Source: an uncultured bacterium (lineage in GTDB: Bacteria; Patescibacteriota; Patescibacteriia; SG8-24; DYFX01). From it: a stretch of 64,000 bases of DNA. Below, in pieces: positions 38,237-47,923 of this stretch (the stretch's first letter is position 1; each line of letters starts with the position of its first letter). The notes beneath the pieces are model-generated. The model saw nothing but the letters and a program-made list of their open reading frames with translations, had not been told where the DNA came from and ran no database searches. The stretch lies in the NCBI GenBank assembly GCA_937900255.1, contig CALCDZ010000002.1, positions 9,655 through 73,654 on the forward strand, read 5' to 3'. A program made the translations under genes and the position numbers.

Positions 38237-38899
38237 ATGACAGACACGATCGAAGGGCTCTTCCAGGAAGGATACTGGGGCTCATGGGACCAAATCGAGA
38301 CGTTCCGGCACCGTGCCGCCGCGCGCCTCGTGCGCCAAGGTCCTGTGCTTGACGTCGGTGCCGGCGACGGCTTCTTTCTCGGCTTGCTGAAGAAGGAACG
38401 CGGCATCGAAGGCAGAGGCATCGATCTCTCCGCGGTGGCCGTCGAGAAAGCCGCAAAGAAAGGGATCGATGTGCGGGTGGCGGACCTCTCGCGCGAAAAA
38501 CTGCCGTTCACCGACGGTTCATCCGCGACGGTCGTCCTGCTCGACGTCCTCGAACATTTTTTCCGGCCTGAACAGCTCCTGGCGGAAGTCGCGCGCGTGA
38601 CCTCCTCGGACCTCGTCGTCTCGGTGCCGAACTTCTCCTCGCTCCCTGCGCGCCTGCAGGTCCTGCGTGGCCGTGTGCCGGAAAACAATACTCCGCGCAA
38701 AGGGCATGTCTATTGGTTCACATGGGGGAAATTGAGGAAGATGCTCGATGACTCCGGTTTCGAAGTCATCGACGCGCGTTTCAACGCGAATTTCGAACGG
38801 CTCCCGTTCGTTGGCGGGGTGTTCCGACAGCTGGCCGCCCGCTTTCCGTCCCTCTTCGCCCTTTCATTCGTGGTCTTGGCACGCAAGCGGGCCGTATGA
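38237..38899 (+). CDS. SAM-dependent methyltransferase (MetW-like)
   Basis: VLDVGAGDGFF motif I, and LLDVLEHF. Start at MTDTIEG, right after the preceding stop. Confidence 0.65.
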   Translation: MTDTIEGLFQEGYWGSWDQIETFRHRAAARLVRQGPVLDVGAGDGFFLGLLKKERGIEGRGIDLSAVAVEKAAKKGIDVRVADLSREKLPFTDGSSATVVLLDVLEHFFRPEQLLAEVARVTSSDLVVSVPNFSSLPARLQVLRGRVPENNTPRKGHVYWFTWGKLRKMLDDSGFEVIDARFNANFERLPFVGGVFRQLAARFPSLFALSFVVLARKRAV

Positions 38900-41196
38900 G
38901 ACTCGTCTACATCGCCAACGTCCGTTTGCCGACCGAAAAGGCGCACGGCGTGCAGATCATGCAGATGTGCGCGGCCTTCGCGTCGAACGGGCATGAGGTC
39001 ATGCTGATCGTGCCTGGGCGCCGTAATGCCATCGCGGCGACTCCGTGGGAGTACTATGGTCTCAAACGGAACTTCCGGATCGTGACGGTACCGGTCCTCG
39101 ACTTCATCCCGTTCGATCGCTGGCTCGGCAACGCTGCGTTGTGGTTGACGACCGTCGGATTCGCCTTCGGCGCGCGTAGGGTCGTTGCGGACGCGCGGCC
39201 TGATGCCGTCTACTCGCGGGACGCCGTCCTCGTGACGACCGTGCCGAAGGGCGTGCCCTTCGTCTTTGAAGCGCACGATTTTCCGACGAGGCCCTGGCTC
39301 TATCGGTTCCTATGGAAGGCGTGCTCCCGTATCGTCACCGTGACGGAAGGGCTGAAGCGCGCTTTCATCGCCGCCGGAGTGCCCGAGACCAAGCTGGTCG
39401 TCGCGCATGACGCCGTCGATCCAGGTATTTTTCAGGTATCGGAAAGCAAGGCGGAGGCGCGGCGCGCGCTTGGGCTGCCCACCGAGGGTTTCATCGCCGT
39501 CTACTCCGGCCATCTCTATCCTTACAAGGGGGCCGACGATCTGCTCGAAGCCTGTCTGCATCTGCGCCCAGCTTCGCGAGTGGTCTTCGTCGGTGGACGC
39601 CCTGAAGAAGTCGCCAGGCTGCGGATGCAGGCCGAAAAGCTCGGTGTCACGAACGCCTTTTTTGTCGGGCAAGTGCCTCACGGACTCATCCCGATGTATC
39701 TGCGGGCCGCCGATGGGGCCGTCCTGCCGACGCGTGATACGGATCGGCATGCGTCCGAATTCCTCTCGCCTCTCAAGCTGTTCGAGTATCTGGCCGCCGG
39801 GAAAGCCATCGTCGCCACCGACCTGCCATCGATCCGGGAAGTGTTGGACGAGAATACGGCCGTTTTCGTGCCGCCCCGGTCGCCGGAGGCTTTGGCCGCC
39901 GCCCTGAACGGCCTGGCGGACGTTCCCGTTGAAGCCGAACGCCTGTCTCGGGAAGCGGAAGCCCTGTCGAGGGACTGCACGTGGGTCCATCGCGCTGGAC
40001 GCGTGCTTTCGGGAACGGACGAACCGCAGCCCTCGCTGACCTGGCTGCGGCGGCATCGCGCCGTGCTGGCCTGCATGCTCTTGGCGTTCATCCTGCGCGC
40101 CGCGTATGTCCTCGCGTTCCCGCTGAGACTGGCAGGAGGCGATGGCGAACTGTACGTCGGGTATGCCGACCTCCTCCGCGGGATTCCGGCTTGGTCGCCG
40201 CGCATGTACGCCTACTTCCAGCCCGGCTACCCGATCTTTCTCGCGGTCATCCGTAGCTTGTTCGGTACCGACCTTGTCGCCGTCGGCCTGTCTCAGGCCG
40301 TCATTTCCGCGCTCACGGTCGGCCTCGTGACGGCCATGACGCGGAAACTGGTCGGGGCGCGCGCGGCCGTTTTTGCCGGGCTCATGTCGGCCGTCTCCGC
40401 TTCCTCCATCGTCGAGACCGGGCAGATCTATACCGAAACGCTGTATACGTTCCTGTTGACCGCCGCCGTCTGCGCGCTCCTCGTGGATGCGCACCATCGC
40501 GCCATGCGTCATGCCGCCATCGTCGGTGCATCGTTCGCGCTCGCCGGCTTCGTCCGCGAACTCGCTCTGTATCACGCTGCCCTTCTTGCCGCCGTGACCG
40601 GCATCGGCAAGCGGTCGTGGCGGCCGGTCGTCGGCATCATGGCGCCCGTCGTCGTCATGCTTCTCGTTTTTGGCGCGTATAACCGTACGGTCGCCGCCGG
40701 GCAGGCGGTTCCGCGCGTGCCGATCCTCGCGAAGGGATATGAGGCTACGCTTCAGGACCCGGCTTCGCAGGCCTTCCTCCTGCGCTGGCGGATGTATCCG
40801 CTCGGCCTCTGGTATTTCTTCCGCTATCCGCATCGGTTCGCCGACATCAGCGACCAGGTCTCGACGCGGCAGGCGCTCTTTTCCGGAGACGCCGCCTTGA
40901 TCGGCAGGGAAGCGCCGTACATCCTGGCGAAGGGTCTGCTGACGCTCCTGCATTGGATGATACTGGTCTTGGCGGCCTATGGTCTTTGGCGCGGACGGAT
41001 GCCGCGCGAGGCGAAGATCGTCATCTCCGTGACGATCGCCTTCGCGGCTGCTACGATAACGCTTTCCGGGGCAGCGCGGCTTCAAGGCTTCGAATACCTG
41101 GAGCCGTTGGCCCGTTATCGTTTCCCGGTCGAACCGCTCATCATGATCCTGGCGGCGGCGGGGGCCGAACGCTTCTTAAAGAACGAGACGACGTAA
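38896..41196 (+). CDS. Fusion protein: GT4 glycosyltransferase (GT-B) + polytopic GT-C (PMT_2/ArnT-like) domain
   Basis: 766 aa. Residues about 1-370 form a GT-B (EFLSPLKLFEYLAAGKAIVAT). Residues about 380-766 have 10 or more TM helices (RRHRAVLACMLLAFILRAAYVLAFPL...). Confidence 0.7.
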   Translation: MRLVYIANVRLPTEKAHGVQIMQMCAAFASNGHEVMLIVPGRRNAIAATPWEYYGLKRNFRIVTVPVLDFIPFDRWLGNAALWLTTVGFAFGARRVVADARPDAVYSRDAVLVTTVPKGVPFVFEAHDFPTRPWLYRFLWKACSRIVTVTEGLKRAFIAAGVPETKLVVAHDAVDPGIFQVSESKAEARRALGLPTEGFIAVYSGHLYPYKGADDLLEACLHLRPASRVVFVGGRPEEVARLRMQAEKLGVTNAFFVGQVPHGLIPMYLRAADGAVLPTRDTDRHASEFLSPLKLFEYLAAGKAIVATDLPSIREVLDENTAVFVPPRSPEALAAALNGLADVPVEAERLSREAEALSRDCTWVHRAGRVLSGTDEPQPSLTWLRRHRAVLACMLLAFILRAAYVLAFPLRLAGGDGELYVGYADLLRGIPAWSPRMYAYFQPGYPIFLAVIRSLFGTDLVAVGLSQAVISALTVGLVTAMTRKLVGARAAVFAGLMSAVSASSIVETGQIYTETLYTFLLTAAVCALLVDAHHRAMRHAAIVGASFALAGFVRELALYHAALLAAVTGIGKRSWRPVVGIMAPVVVMLLVFGAYNRTVAAGQAVPRVPILAKGYEATLQDPASQAFLLRWRMYPLGLWYFFRYPHRFADISDQVSTRQALFSGDAALIGREAPYILAKGLLTLLHWMILVLAAYGLWRGRMPREAKIVISVTIAFAAATITLSGAARLQGFEYLEPLARYRFPVEPLIMILAAAGAERFLKNETT

Positions 41197-41228
41197 ACGC
41201 GGCTGCGTCGATAACCTATGGCATTCGT

Positions 41229-41972
41229 ATGAAAGAGGCGATATTTTACGACGATTCGTACTTCCAGGCATTGGAGAATCGTTACTTCTTAGGGGCGCAT
41301 GGTGAACGCGTCAGGGATATCGTGTCTTTCCTCCCATCCAGGAAACACGTCCTTGATTATGGTGCCGGCAGCGGTTACTTCGCATTCCGCGCTCTACAGC
41401 TTGAAAATACCGTCGTTGCGTTCGATTTTGCGCCGGCGGCAGTGCAATACATGCGGTCGCACTATCCGACGCTTGAAATCGTCGAACGGAAGGATGCCTT
41501 GAAGGGGGTGTATGACACGATTCTTCTGAACGACGTGATCGAGCACGTCGACTACTCTGAGCAGGCTTCTTTCATCTCCAATCTCCGGGAGCACTTGAAA
41601 GCAGGCGGTCGATTGATTGTCGCGACCGATAATTTTGACTCGTTCTTCTTCAGGGGCCGTCTCGGTAAAAAATGTCTAGCGATCGATCAGCGCATTTCTC
41701 CAGAAGGCATCATTTATAGGGCCATTAAAAAGGGTGAGACGGAACGTCCTTATTACCACAATGCCTATAATGATTCCCATGTCGGATTACTTGGGCGCGA
41801 CAAATTGGTTCGACTTTTCAAGAGCCAAGGCTTTGAGCTCGTTCGCGAAAAGCACGGTTTTCTCTTTCGTACTTACGTTTCCCGCCTTATCAGCGCATGT
41901 TTTGGGCTCAGGCCACTGCATTCCGTCTATGAGTTCACTTTGATGGCAGAGACCCTCCCGCGTTCAAGGTAG
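41229..41972 (+). CDS. Class I SAM-dependent methyltransferase
   Basis: VLDYGAGSGYFA motif I, and LLNDVIEHV. Local GC is about 50%, lower than the neighbours. Confidence 0.65.
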   Translation: MKEAIFYDDSYFQALENRYFLGAHGERVRDIVSFLPSRKHVLDYGAGSGYFAFRALQLENTVVAFDFAPAAVQYMRSHYPTLEIVERKDALKGVYDTILLNDVIEHVDYSEQASFISNLREHLKAGGRLIVATDNFDSFFFRGRLGKKCLAIDQRISPEGIIYRAIKKGETERPYYHNAYNDSHVGLLGRDKLVRLFKSQGFELVREKHGFLFRTYVSRLISACFGLRPLHSVYEFTLMAETLPRSR

Positions 41973-43257
41973 GCGACGCGTTTTTCGAGGCCTCAGGTTC
42001 CACGTTTAAGATTTTTCGGACAAGAAGCGTTGAATGAAGAAGCCCGAAGATACGAGCGAGGGTTCTTGCGCAGATCGCGCCGAGCAGCCCCCATTTCCAG
42101 ACAAAAAGTGCAAGAGACACGATGCTGATCGCAGACATCGAAACCTGGTAGTGGAGGTTCTCCTTATATCTCATGTGTCCATTGAAGACCGCTACCGGGA
42201 GCGCGGAGGCGATGCCGAGCAGTGATATGGAGAAGATCTGTGAATATGGTATGGCTTCGGCGTACCCGGGAAAAAGCTGCCGATAAATCTGTGGAGCCAC
42301 TAGGACGTAAACGATGATGACGCTGCCGATGGCGGCGATCAACAGGAAGAGTTTTCGGAAGAAAGTCGGCCGTATTTCATTGAGCGGTCGCGCAGCGACT
42401 TTTGGGAGCGCCATCACGTACAGGTTTTTCAGATAGCCTTTGAGCTGCTCTGGCGGAGCGATGGCAAAAGCGTAGACGGCCGTCTCGTGGGAACCGAGCA
42501 GTGTGAAGATCAGGATACGGTCGAGATAATTGGAGATCGAAGAGGCGACATCCAGGAGCGTCAGATTCTTGCCGAAGCGGAGCGCATCGTCCGAAGCCTC
42601 GCCCTTCGGCGGCAGGCGCCGCAGCGTGGCGCCGAGCGCGATGGCGTTCCAGGCCAGCGAGGAAAGGCAGAACCCGAGCGTCAGCGCGATGACCGTCGGG
42701 TGCAGGAGCAGGATCGCGACGACGACGGCGGCCGTTCCGAGCGTCGAAGCGATCCCGTAGCGCGTCTGCAATCCGAAGGCTTTCCGGCCGTTGGCATAAT
42801 CGCCCCAAGAGGAGAGCGCCGAGATGGCGGGAAAAAAGACGGCGACGATCAGGAAGCCCCAGAAGAGATCCGTGCGTCCTTTCGAGAGGTAATATGCGCC
42901 GACCGCGAGTCCGCCCAAGGTGCCGATGCCGGCCCACCGCAGGCGCATCTTCAGGACCGCGTAGATCGTCCTTTCATGGCCTTGCGCGACGGCGCGCGTC
43001 AAAGCATCGGACGTTCCCGTGACGGATGCGATGGCGAGGATCGATCCCCAGGAGAGCAGGTACTGATACGTGCCGTAGACGCCCTTGCCGAGCAAGCGGG
43101 CGAACAGCATCGCCAGGGCCAAGCTCGAGGCCGAACCCATGAACGACGCGATCGACAGGAAAATCCCGCCCTTCGCCAGATAGACGTTGTCGGTACCGGT
43201 ATAGCGTTCTCCTCGGCGCAGGAGGCGGATCGCCAGGAGTTTCAGTCGCTGGAGCAT
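41935..43257 (-). CDS. wzx: Wzx-type polysaccharide flippase (MOP/PST family)
   Basis: 440 aa, 12-14 TM. N-terminus ...GIFLSIASFMGSASSLALAMLFARLLGKGVYGTYQYL is typical of Wzx/RfbX. Confidence 0.8.
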   Translation of the reverse strand: MLQRLKLLAIRLLRRGERYTGTDNVYLAKGGIFLSIASFMGSASSLALAMLFARLLGKGVYGTYQYLLSWGSILAIASVTGTSDALTRAVAQGHERTIYAVLKMRLRWAGIGTLGGLAVGAYYLSKGRTDLFWGFLIVAVFFPAISALSSWGDYANGRKAFGLQTRYGIASTLGTAAVVVAILLLHPTVIALTLGFCLSSLAWNAIALGATLRRLPPKGEASDDALRFGKNLTLLDVASSISNYLDRILIFTLLGSHETAVYAFAIAPPEQLKGYLKNLYVMALPKVAARPLNEIRPTFFRKLFLLIAAIGSVIIVYVLVAPQIYRQLFPGYAEAIPYSQIFSISLLGIASALPVAVFNGHMRYKENLHYQVSMSAISIVSLALFVWKWGLLGAICARTLARIFGLLHSTLLVRKILNVEPEASKNASPTLNAGGSLPSK

Positions 43258-43264
43258 GGGAGCG

Positions 43265-44575
43265 TCACCGGCCTTTCCTCTTCAGGACGCTGTAGATCGT
43301 CTTGAGGACGATGGCGGCGTCGAGGGTCAGCGAGCGGTATTTCAGGTAATAGAGATCGTGCCGCAGCTTCAGCAGGTGGTCTTCATGGGTGGCCGCATAC
43401 GGAGCGCTGACCTGCGCCCACCCGGTCAGCCCGGGGCGTACCAGGTGCCGGACGGGGAAGAGCGGGATGGTCTTCGCGAGTTCGGCCTCGACTTCGGGCC
43501 GTTCCGGGCGCGGGCCCACGAAGCTCATATCGCCGCGGAGGATGTTCCAGAGCTGGGGCAGCTCGTCCAGCCGCGTGGCGCGGAGGAAGCGCCCGAAGCG
43601 GGTGACGCGCGGGTCGTTCTCGGTCGCGAAGGCGATGCCGTCCTTTTCGGCGTCGACGCGCATGGTGCGGAACTTCAGCATGGTGAACGGCCGCCCGCCC
43701 TTTCCGACGCGCGTCTGGCTGTAGAAAGCCGGTCCGCGGCTTTCGATGCGGATGATCGCGGCGATCAGCGGCGCGACCGGCAGCGAGGGGATGCAGAGGA
43801 GGATGGATGCCACGACGTCGAACAGGCGCTTGGCATGTTCATACATCGGCGAATCCTGTCCGGCCAGATTATCGACGATCCAGCGCTCATCGAGGGCCGA
43901 TTCCGGTACGGCATGGCGTATCTTCTCATAGAACGTCGGGAGATCGACGATGGCGGCGCGTTCGAAGAATTTGCGGTAAAGACGGGTCGTCAGCGCGGCG
44001 TTGCCTTGCAGCCGGCGGGACACGACGATCAGGTCGCAGGCCGGGAGTTCCCGAACGGACGATTCATCCGCCACGCCCAGGCAGCTGTAGCCGAGATGCG
44101 GATTCTGGGACAGGACTTCCCCCAATCCTGCGTCTTCCCCGAGGAACAGCACGCGCAGATGGAATCGCCGCCGCGAGAACAGGTGCAGGGCCAGGATCCT
44201 CCAGCCATAGAACAGCCCGGCGAAGAGCGCGGTCGCGAGCAGGAGATTGGTCTTCGGGGCGATGCCGATGCCCGGCATGAAATAAAAGACGGCCAACGAG
44301 AGCAGGAACGCCGCCGCGAGCGCCTCCGCCGTACGCGAAGCCAGCTCGATACGGCCGCGCACCGCGTCGTCATCGTACAGGCCGACGACGTAGAAGACGG
44401 CGAGCCAGATGACGAAAGCGAAAGTGAACGGCTTGGCATGCATCGCCCACCAGGCCGGAAAATCCTGCCCATCATGCCGCGAGAGCAGCGTCAGCCATAA
44501 CGCCAAATAGGCGAGCGCGAGGTCTCCGGTCGCCAAGAGGGCCATCCTGAGTTTGCGGGAGTCGGTCATCCCCAC
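43265..44575 (-). CDS. Polyprenyl glycosylphosphotransferase (WbaP/bacterial sugar transferase family initiating PGT)
   Basis: N-terminal 4-5 TM. C-terminal Bac_transf domain (...PGLTGWAQV...). Ends ...LKTIYSVLKRKGR. Confidence 0.85.
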   Translation of the reverse strand: MGMTDSRKLRMALLATGDLALAYLALWLTLLSRHDGQDFPAWWAMHAKPFTFAFVIWLAVFYVVGLYDDDAVRGRIELASRTAEALAAAFLLSLAVFYFMPGIGIAPKTNLLLATALFAGLFYGWRILALHLFSRRRFHLRVLFLGEDAGLGEVLSQNPHLGYSCLGVADESSVRELPACDLIVVSRRLQGNAALTTRLYRKFFERAAIVDLPTFYEKIRHAVPESALDERWIVDNLAGQDSPMYEHAKRLFDVVASILLCIPSLPVAPLIAAIIRIESRGPAFYSQTRVGKGGRPFTMLKFRTMRVDAEKDGIAFATENDPRVTRFGRFLRATRLDELPQLWNILRGDMSFVGPRPERPEVEAELAKTIPLFPVRHLVRPGLTGWAQVSAPYAATHEDHLLKLRHDLYYLKYRSLTLDAAIVLKTIYSVLKRKGR

Positions 44576-44628
44576 AAGACTAGCCTATAATGGACGTTTC
44601 CGCTATGCTTGACCGGTATCATCGTCGT

Positions 44629-45765
44629 ATGCGCCTTTGCTTCATACTCGGAACCAGGCCGGAAATCATCAAGTCGGCACCCCTCATTTTCGCCGCCAGC
44701 GAGGCTGGATACGCTCCCGTCATCATCCATTCAGGGCAGCATTACGATACGGCGATGGATGGAGGCTTCTTTCAGGAGCTTTCCCTTCCCGCGGCCGACG
44801 TGCGTCTTTCGTCCGGGGGCAAGCCCTACGCCGAACAGGTCGCCTATCTGCTCCGGGAGCTTCCCGGGGCGCTGAAGGAGCTTCGTCCCGACGCGGTCGT
44901 CTTGCAGGGCGATACCGTCACCGTCATGGCGGGCGCTCTCGCGGCGCATGGCCTCAATATCCCCATCATCCACCACGAGGCCGGTCTTCGGTCGCGCGAC
45001 CAGCGCATGGCGGAGGAGTATCACCGCATCATCGCCGACCACGTGTCGACGCTGCTTTGCGCGCCGACGGAGGCGGCGGTCGCCAACCTGCTGAACGAAG
45101 GCATTCCGAGAGAGCGCGTGCACCTGACCGGTAACGCGGTCGTCGACGCGATCAGGCGATTTTCCGGACAGGCTGCGCGGGAGTCGAGCGTGCTCGAAAA
45201 ACTTTCCTTGGCTGCGAAGTCCTATTTCGTGCTGACGTTCCATCGCGCCGAGAATGTCGACGATCCGAGCCGGTTCTCCGCCTTCTTGGCTTCGCTCGAA
45301 CGGATCGTGCGCGAGCATCCCGACCGGCGGATCGTCTTTCCCGTCCATCCCAGGGTCGAGAAGCGGCGCGCCGAGTTCGGTCAAGCGTGGCCTTCAGCCG
45401 TGCTGCCCATAGGACCCCTGGGGTATTTCGACATGCTTCGGCTGCTCTCTGAAGCGGATCTGGTCCTGACGGATTCCGGCGGCTTGCAGGAAGAGGCGGC
45501 GATCCTGGGCGTACCTTGCGTCACGCTGCGCGACAGCACGGAGCGTCCCGAAACCGTGGAAGCCGGATCGAACGTCGTGGCGGGGCTTGCGGAAGATGCG
45601 GTCTCCGAGGCCGTCCGCGCCATGCGCGGCAAGGCGCTCGACCCGATTTCGGCATATGGCGACGGCTTCGCTTCGGAAAGGATCATTCATCTCGCGCGCG
45701 GCGCGTTCGGCGTGCCGGCGTGCCGAGCCGTCACCGAAAAACATGAGGATACTCGTCGTCAGTGA
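44629..45765 (+). CDS. wecB: UDP-N-acetylglucosamine 2-epimerase (non-hydrolysing)
   Basis: MRLCFILGTRPEIIKSAPLI, the canonical WecB/MnaA N-terminus. Start could alternatively be ATG 44590. Confidence 0.85.
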   Translation: MRLCFILGTRPEIIKSAPLIFAASEAGYAPVIIHSGQHYDTAMDGGFFQELSLPAADVRLSSGGKPYAEQVAYLLRELPGALKELRPDAVVLQGDTVTVMAGALAAHGLNIPIIHHEAGLRSRDQRMAEEYHRIIADHVSTLLCAPTEAAVANLLNEGIPRERVHLTGNAVVDAIRRFSGQAARESSVLEKLSLAAKSYFVLTFHRAENVDDPSRFSAFLASLERIVREHPDRRIVFPVHPRVEKRRAEFGQAWPSAVLPIGPLGYFDMLRLLSEADLVLTDSGGLQEEAAILGVPCVTLRDSTERPETVEAGSNVVAGLAEDAVSEAVRAMRGKALDPISAYGDGFASERIIHLARGAFGVPACRAVTEKHEDTRRQ

Positions 45766-46921
45766 TACGTACCTTCCGCTCGTAGGCGGCGCCGAAGTGC
45801 ACGTCTCGGAACTCGCGAGCCGCCTCAAGGCGGCCGGTCACGAGGTCCGGGTTTTCACCAACCAGGACGGGCCGGAAGAGGAAGGCGTCGTGCGCGTGCC
45901 TTGGCGCCGGAATTTCCTCGAGGTCTACCGGAAACTCGATGCCCTGTGCGGAGCCTTCAAGCCCCAAGTGATCGCCGCGCACTACTCCTATCGGTTGGCG
46001 ATGATCGCCGGTTTTTCGGCATTGAAGCGCGGCATCCCGATGACGGTCACCTTGCACGGGCTCGGCACGCTGCCTGAGGCGCATGCTTCCTGGCGCCCGC
46101 GTCTCCAGAACCTGCTATACCAGCGGCTTTCGCTGGCGTTCGCCGCGAAGGTGATCGCCACGAGTCAGGACATGCTTGATGCGGTGCCGTACGTCGCCGC
46201 GAAGACCGAAATCATCCCGAACGCCGCCGACGGCCAGCGTTTCGATCCTGCCGCCTGGGCGTCGGACGCCGCCGCCGGCGCGCTCCGGGAGCGCTATGCC
46301 GGGCGCTCGGTCATCCTGACGGTCCGGCGGCTGAACCCGAAGTGCGGCATCCAGTATCTCGTCGAAGCGCTGCCCGAAATCGTGCGAAGGCGCCCGGAGG
46401 CGTTGTACGTGATGGTCGGCACCGGCCGCCTGGAGGAAGAGATCCGCGCGCGCATAAAAACGTTGGGGATGGAGAAGCATGTCGAGATGGTCGGCCTCCT
46501 GCCGAACGGGAGGACCCCCGCGTATTTTTCCGCGTCCGATGTCGTCGTCTTTCCCAGCACGGCCGAGTCCACCAGCATTTCCTGCATCGAAGCCATGCTG
46601 ATGGAAAAGCCGGTCGTAGCCTCCCGCGTCGGCGGCCTGATCGAATTGCTCGGTACGGACGGAACGCGCGGGCGGCTGGTGAAGCTGGTCGATTGGGAAG
46701 CGTCGAACTACGAAGCTCCGCCGGTTTCCGAAATGCCCAAAGACCGCATCGCTGCCTTGGCGGACGCCGTCTGCGACCTGCTCGACGATCGCGCGGAACG
46801 TGAGAGGATGGGGAAGGAAGCCCGCGCGTACGCGCTGGCCCACTTCGATTGGGATGTCATCATGACGCGCACCATCGGCATTTATGAGCATCTTGCGTCA
46901 GGCGCTGGGAGAACGGCTTAA
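45743..46921 (+). CDS. Glycosyltransferase family 4
   Basis: MRILVVSDTYLPLVGGAEVHV. Start at ATG 45743, overlapping the wecB 3' end. The N-terminal 52 aa of ORF 45587 are rejected. Confidence 0.75.
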   Translation: MRILVVSDTYLPLVGGAEVHVSELASRLKAAGHEVRVFTNQDGPEEEGVVRVPWRRNFLEVYRKLDALCGAFKPQVIAAHYSYRLAMIAGFSALKRGIPMTVTLHGLGTLPEAHASWRPRLQNLLYQRLSLAFAAKVIATSQDMLDAVPYVAAKTEIIPNAADGQRFDPAAWASDAAAGALRERYAGRSVILTVRRLNPKCGIQYLVEALPEIVRRRPEALYVMVGTGRLEEEIRARIKTLGMEKHVEMVGLLPNGRTPAYFSASDVVVFPSTAESTSISCIEAMLMEKPVVASRVGGLIELLGTDGTRGRLVKLVDWEASNYEAPPVSEMPKDRIAALADAVCDLLDDRAERERMGKEARAYALAHFDWDVIMTRTIGIYEHLASGAGRTA

Positions 46922-47849
46922 GGAAGGCGAACCGCTCGCCAAGCACGTCAACATCCGGATCGGCGGACTTGCCGACCTTTACTTCGAGGCGAAAACCTCT
47001 GAGGAGATCGCGCGCGCCATCGAAGCCGCTTTCGCGGACGGCGTCCCGTTCGTCGTCATCGGCGGCGGATCGAACAGCCTGCCGAGCGACGAGGGTTTCC
47101 GCGGGCTGGTCATCCAGGCGGCCAACCGGGGCTGGAGCGTCGAAGGGGATCGCGTCCGCGCCGAGGCCGGCACGCTTTCCGGCTTCCTCGCCCGCAAGAC
47201 GGCGGAAGCCGGACTGACCGGTCTCGAGTGGGCCGTTTCCTTGCCGGGCACGATCGGTGGCGCCGTGCGCGGGAATGCCGGATGCTTCGGCGGGGAAACG
47301 AAGGACGCGGTCGCTTCCGTGGAAGTCCTTCGCCTGCGTGACGGTAAGATTGAGCGCCGCACGTACGCGCCGGAGGAGTGCGCGTTCGGGTACAGGGATT
47401 CCGTCTTCAAAAGGAATTCCGACGTCATCCTCGCCGTCGAGTTCCGCCTGGCGCGCGATGCCAAGGAAGCGTGCCTGGAGAAGATCGACGCCGTGCTTTC
47501 GAAGCGCAAGGCCGAACAGCCGAACGGAAACCCCTCGGCCGGCTGCATGTTCAAGAATTTCGGCTTCGCGGACGAAGGCGCGATCGCCAAGCTGAAAGCG
47601 CGGCTGGAAGTTCCCGCTCCGTTCCTTGCCGCCAAGCGCATCCCGGCAGGCTGGCTGATCGATCAGGTCGACCTGAAAGGAAAGACGATCGGCGGCGCGC
47701 AGGTCTCCCCGAAGCACGGTAATTTCCTGGTGAATCTCGGCGATGCCACCGCTTCCGACGTGCTGCAGCTCATTTCGCTCGTGAAGATGAAGGTCCGTGA
47801 CGAATACGGGATCCAATTGGAGGAAGAGGTGCAGATGCTCGGGTTCTGA
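46884..47849 (+). CDS. murB: UDP-N-acetylenolpyruvoylglucosamine reductase
   Basis: FAD-binding VVIGGGSNSL and a MurB C-terminal domain. 321 aa. Confidence 0.85.
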   Translation: MSILRQALGERLKEGEPLAKHVNIRIGGLADLYFEAKTSEEIARAIEAAFADGVPFVVIGGGSNSLPSDEGFRGLVIQAANRGWSVEGDRVRAEAGTLSGFLARKTAEAGLTGLEWAVSLPGTIGGAVRGNAGCFGGETKDAVASVEVLRLRDGKIERRTYAPEECAFGYRDSVFKRNSDVILAVEFRLARDAKEACLEKIDAVLSKRKAEQPNGNPSAGCMFKNFGFADEGAIAKLKARLEVPAPFLAAKRIPAGWLIDQVDLKGKTIGGAQVSPKHGNFLVNLGDATASDVLQLISLVKMKVRDEYGIQLEEEVQMLGF

Positions 47850-47923
47850 TGCGGCCGGAGGCCGGGCTCTTGGCATCCTCCTTCCTTTCCGCTACGCTGA
47901 AGCCACTTATCCAGCTTTTTCCT

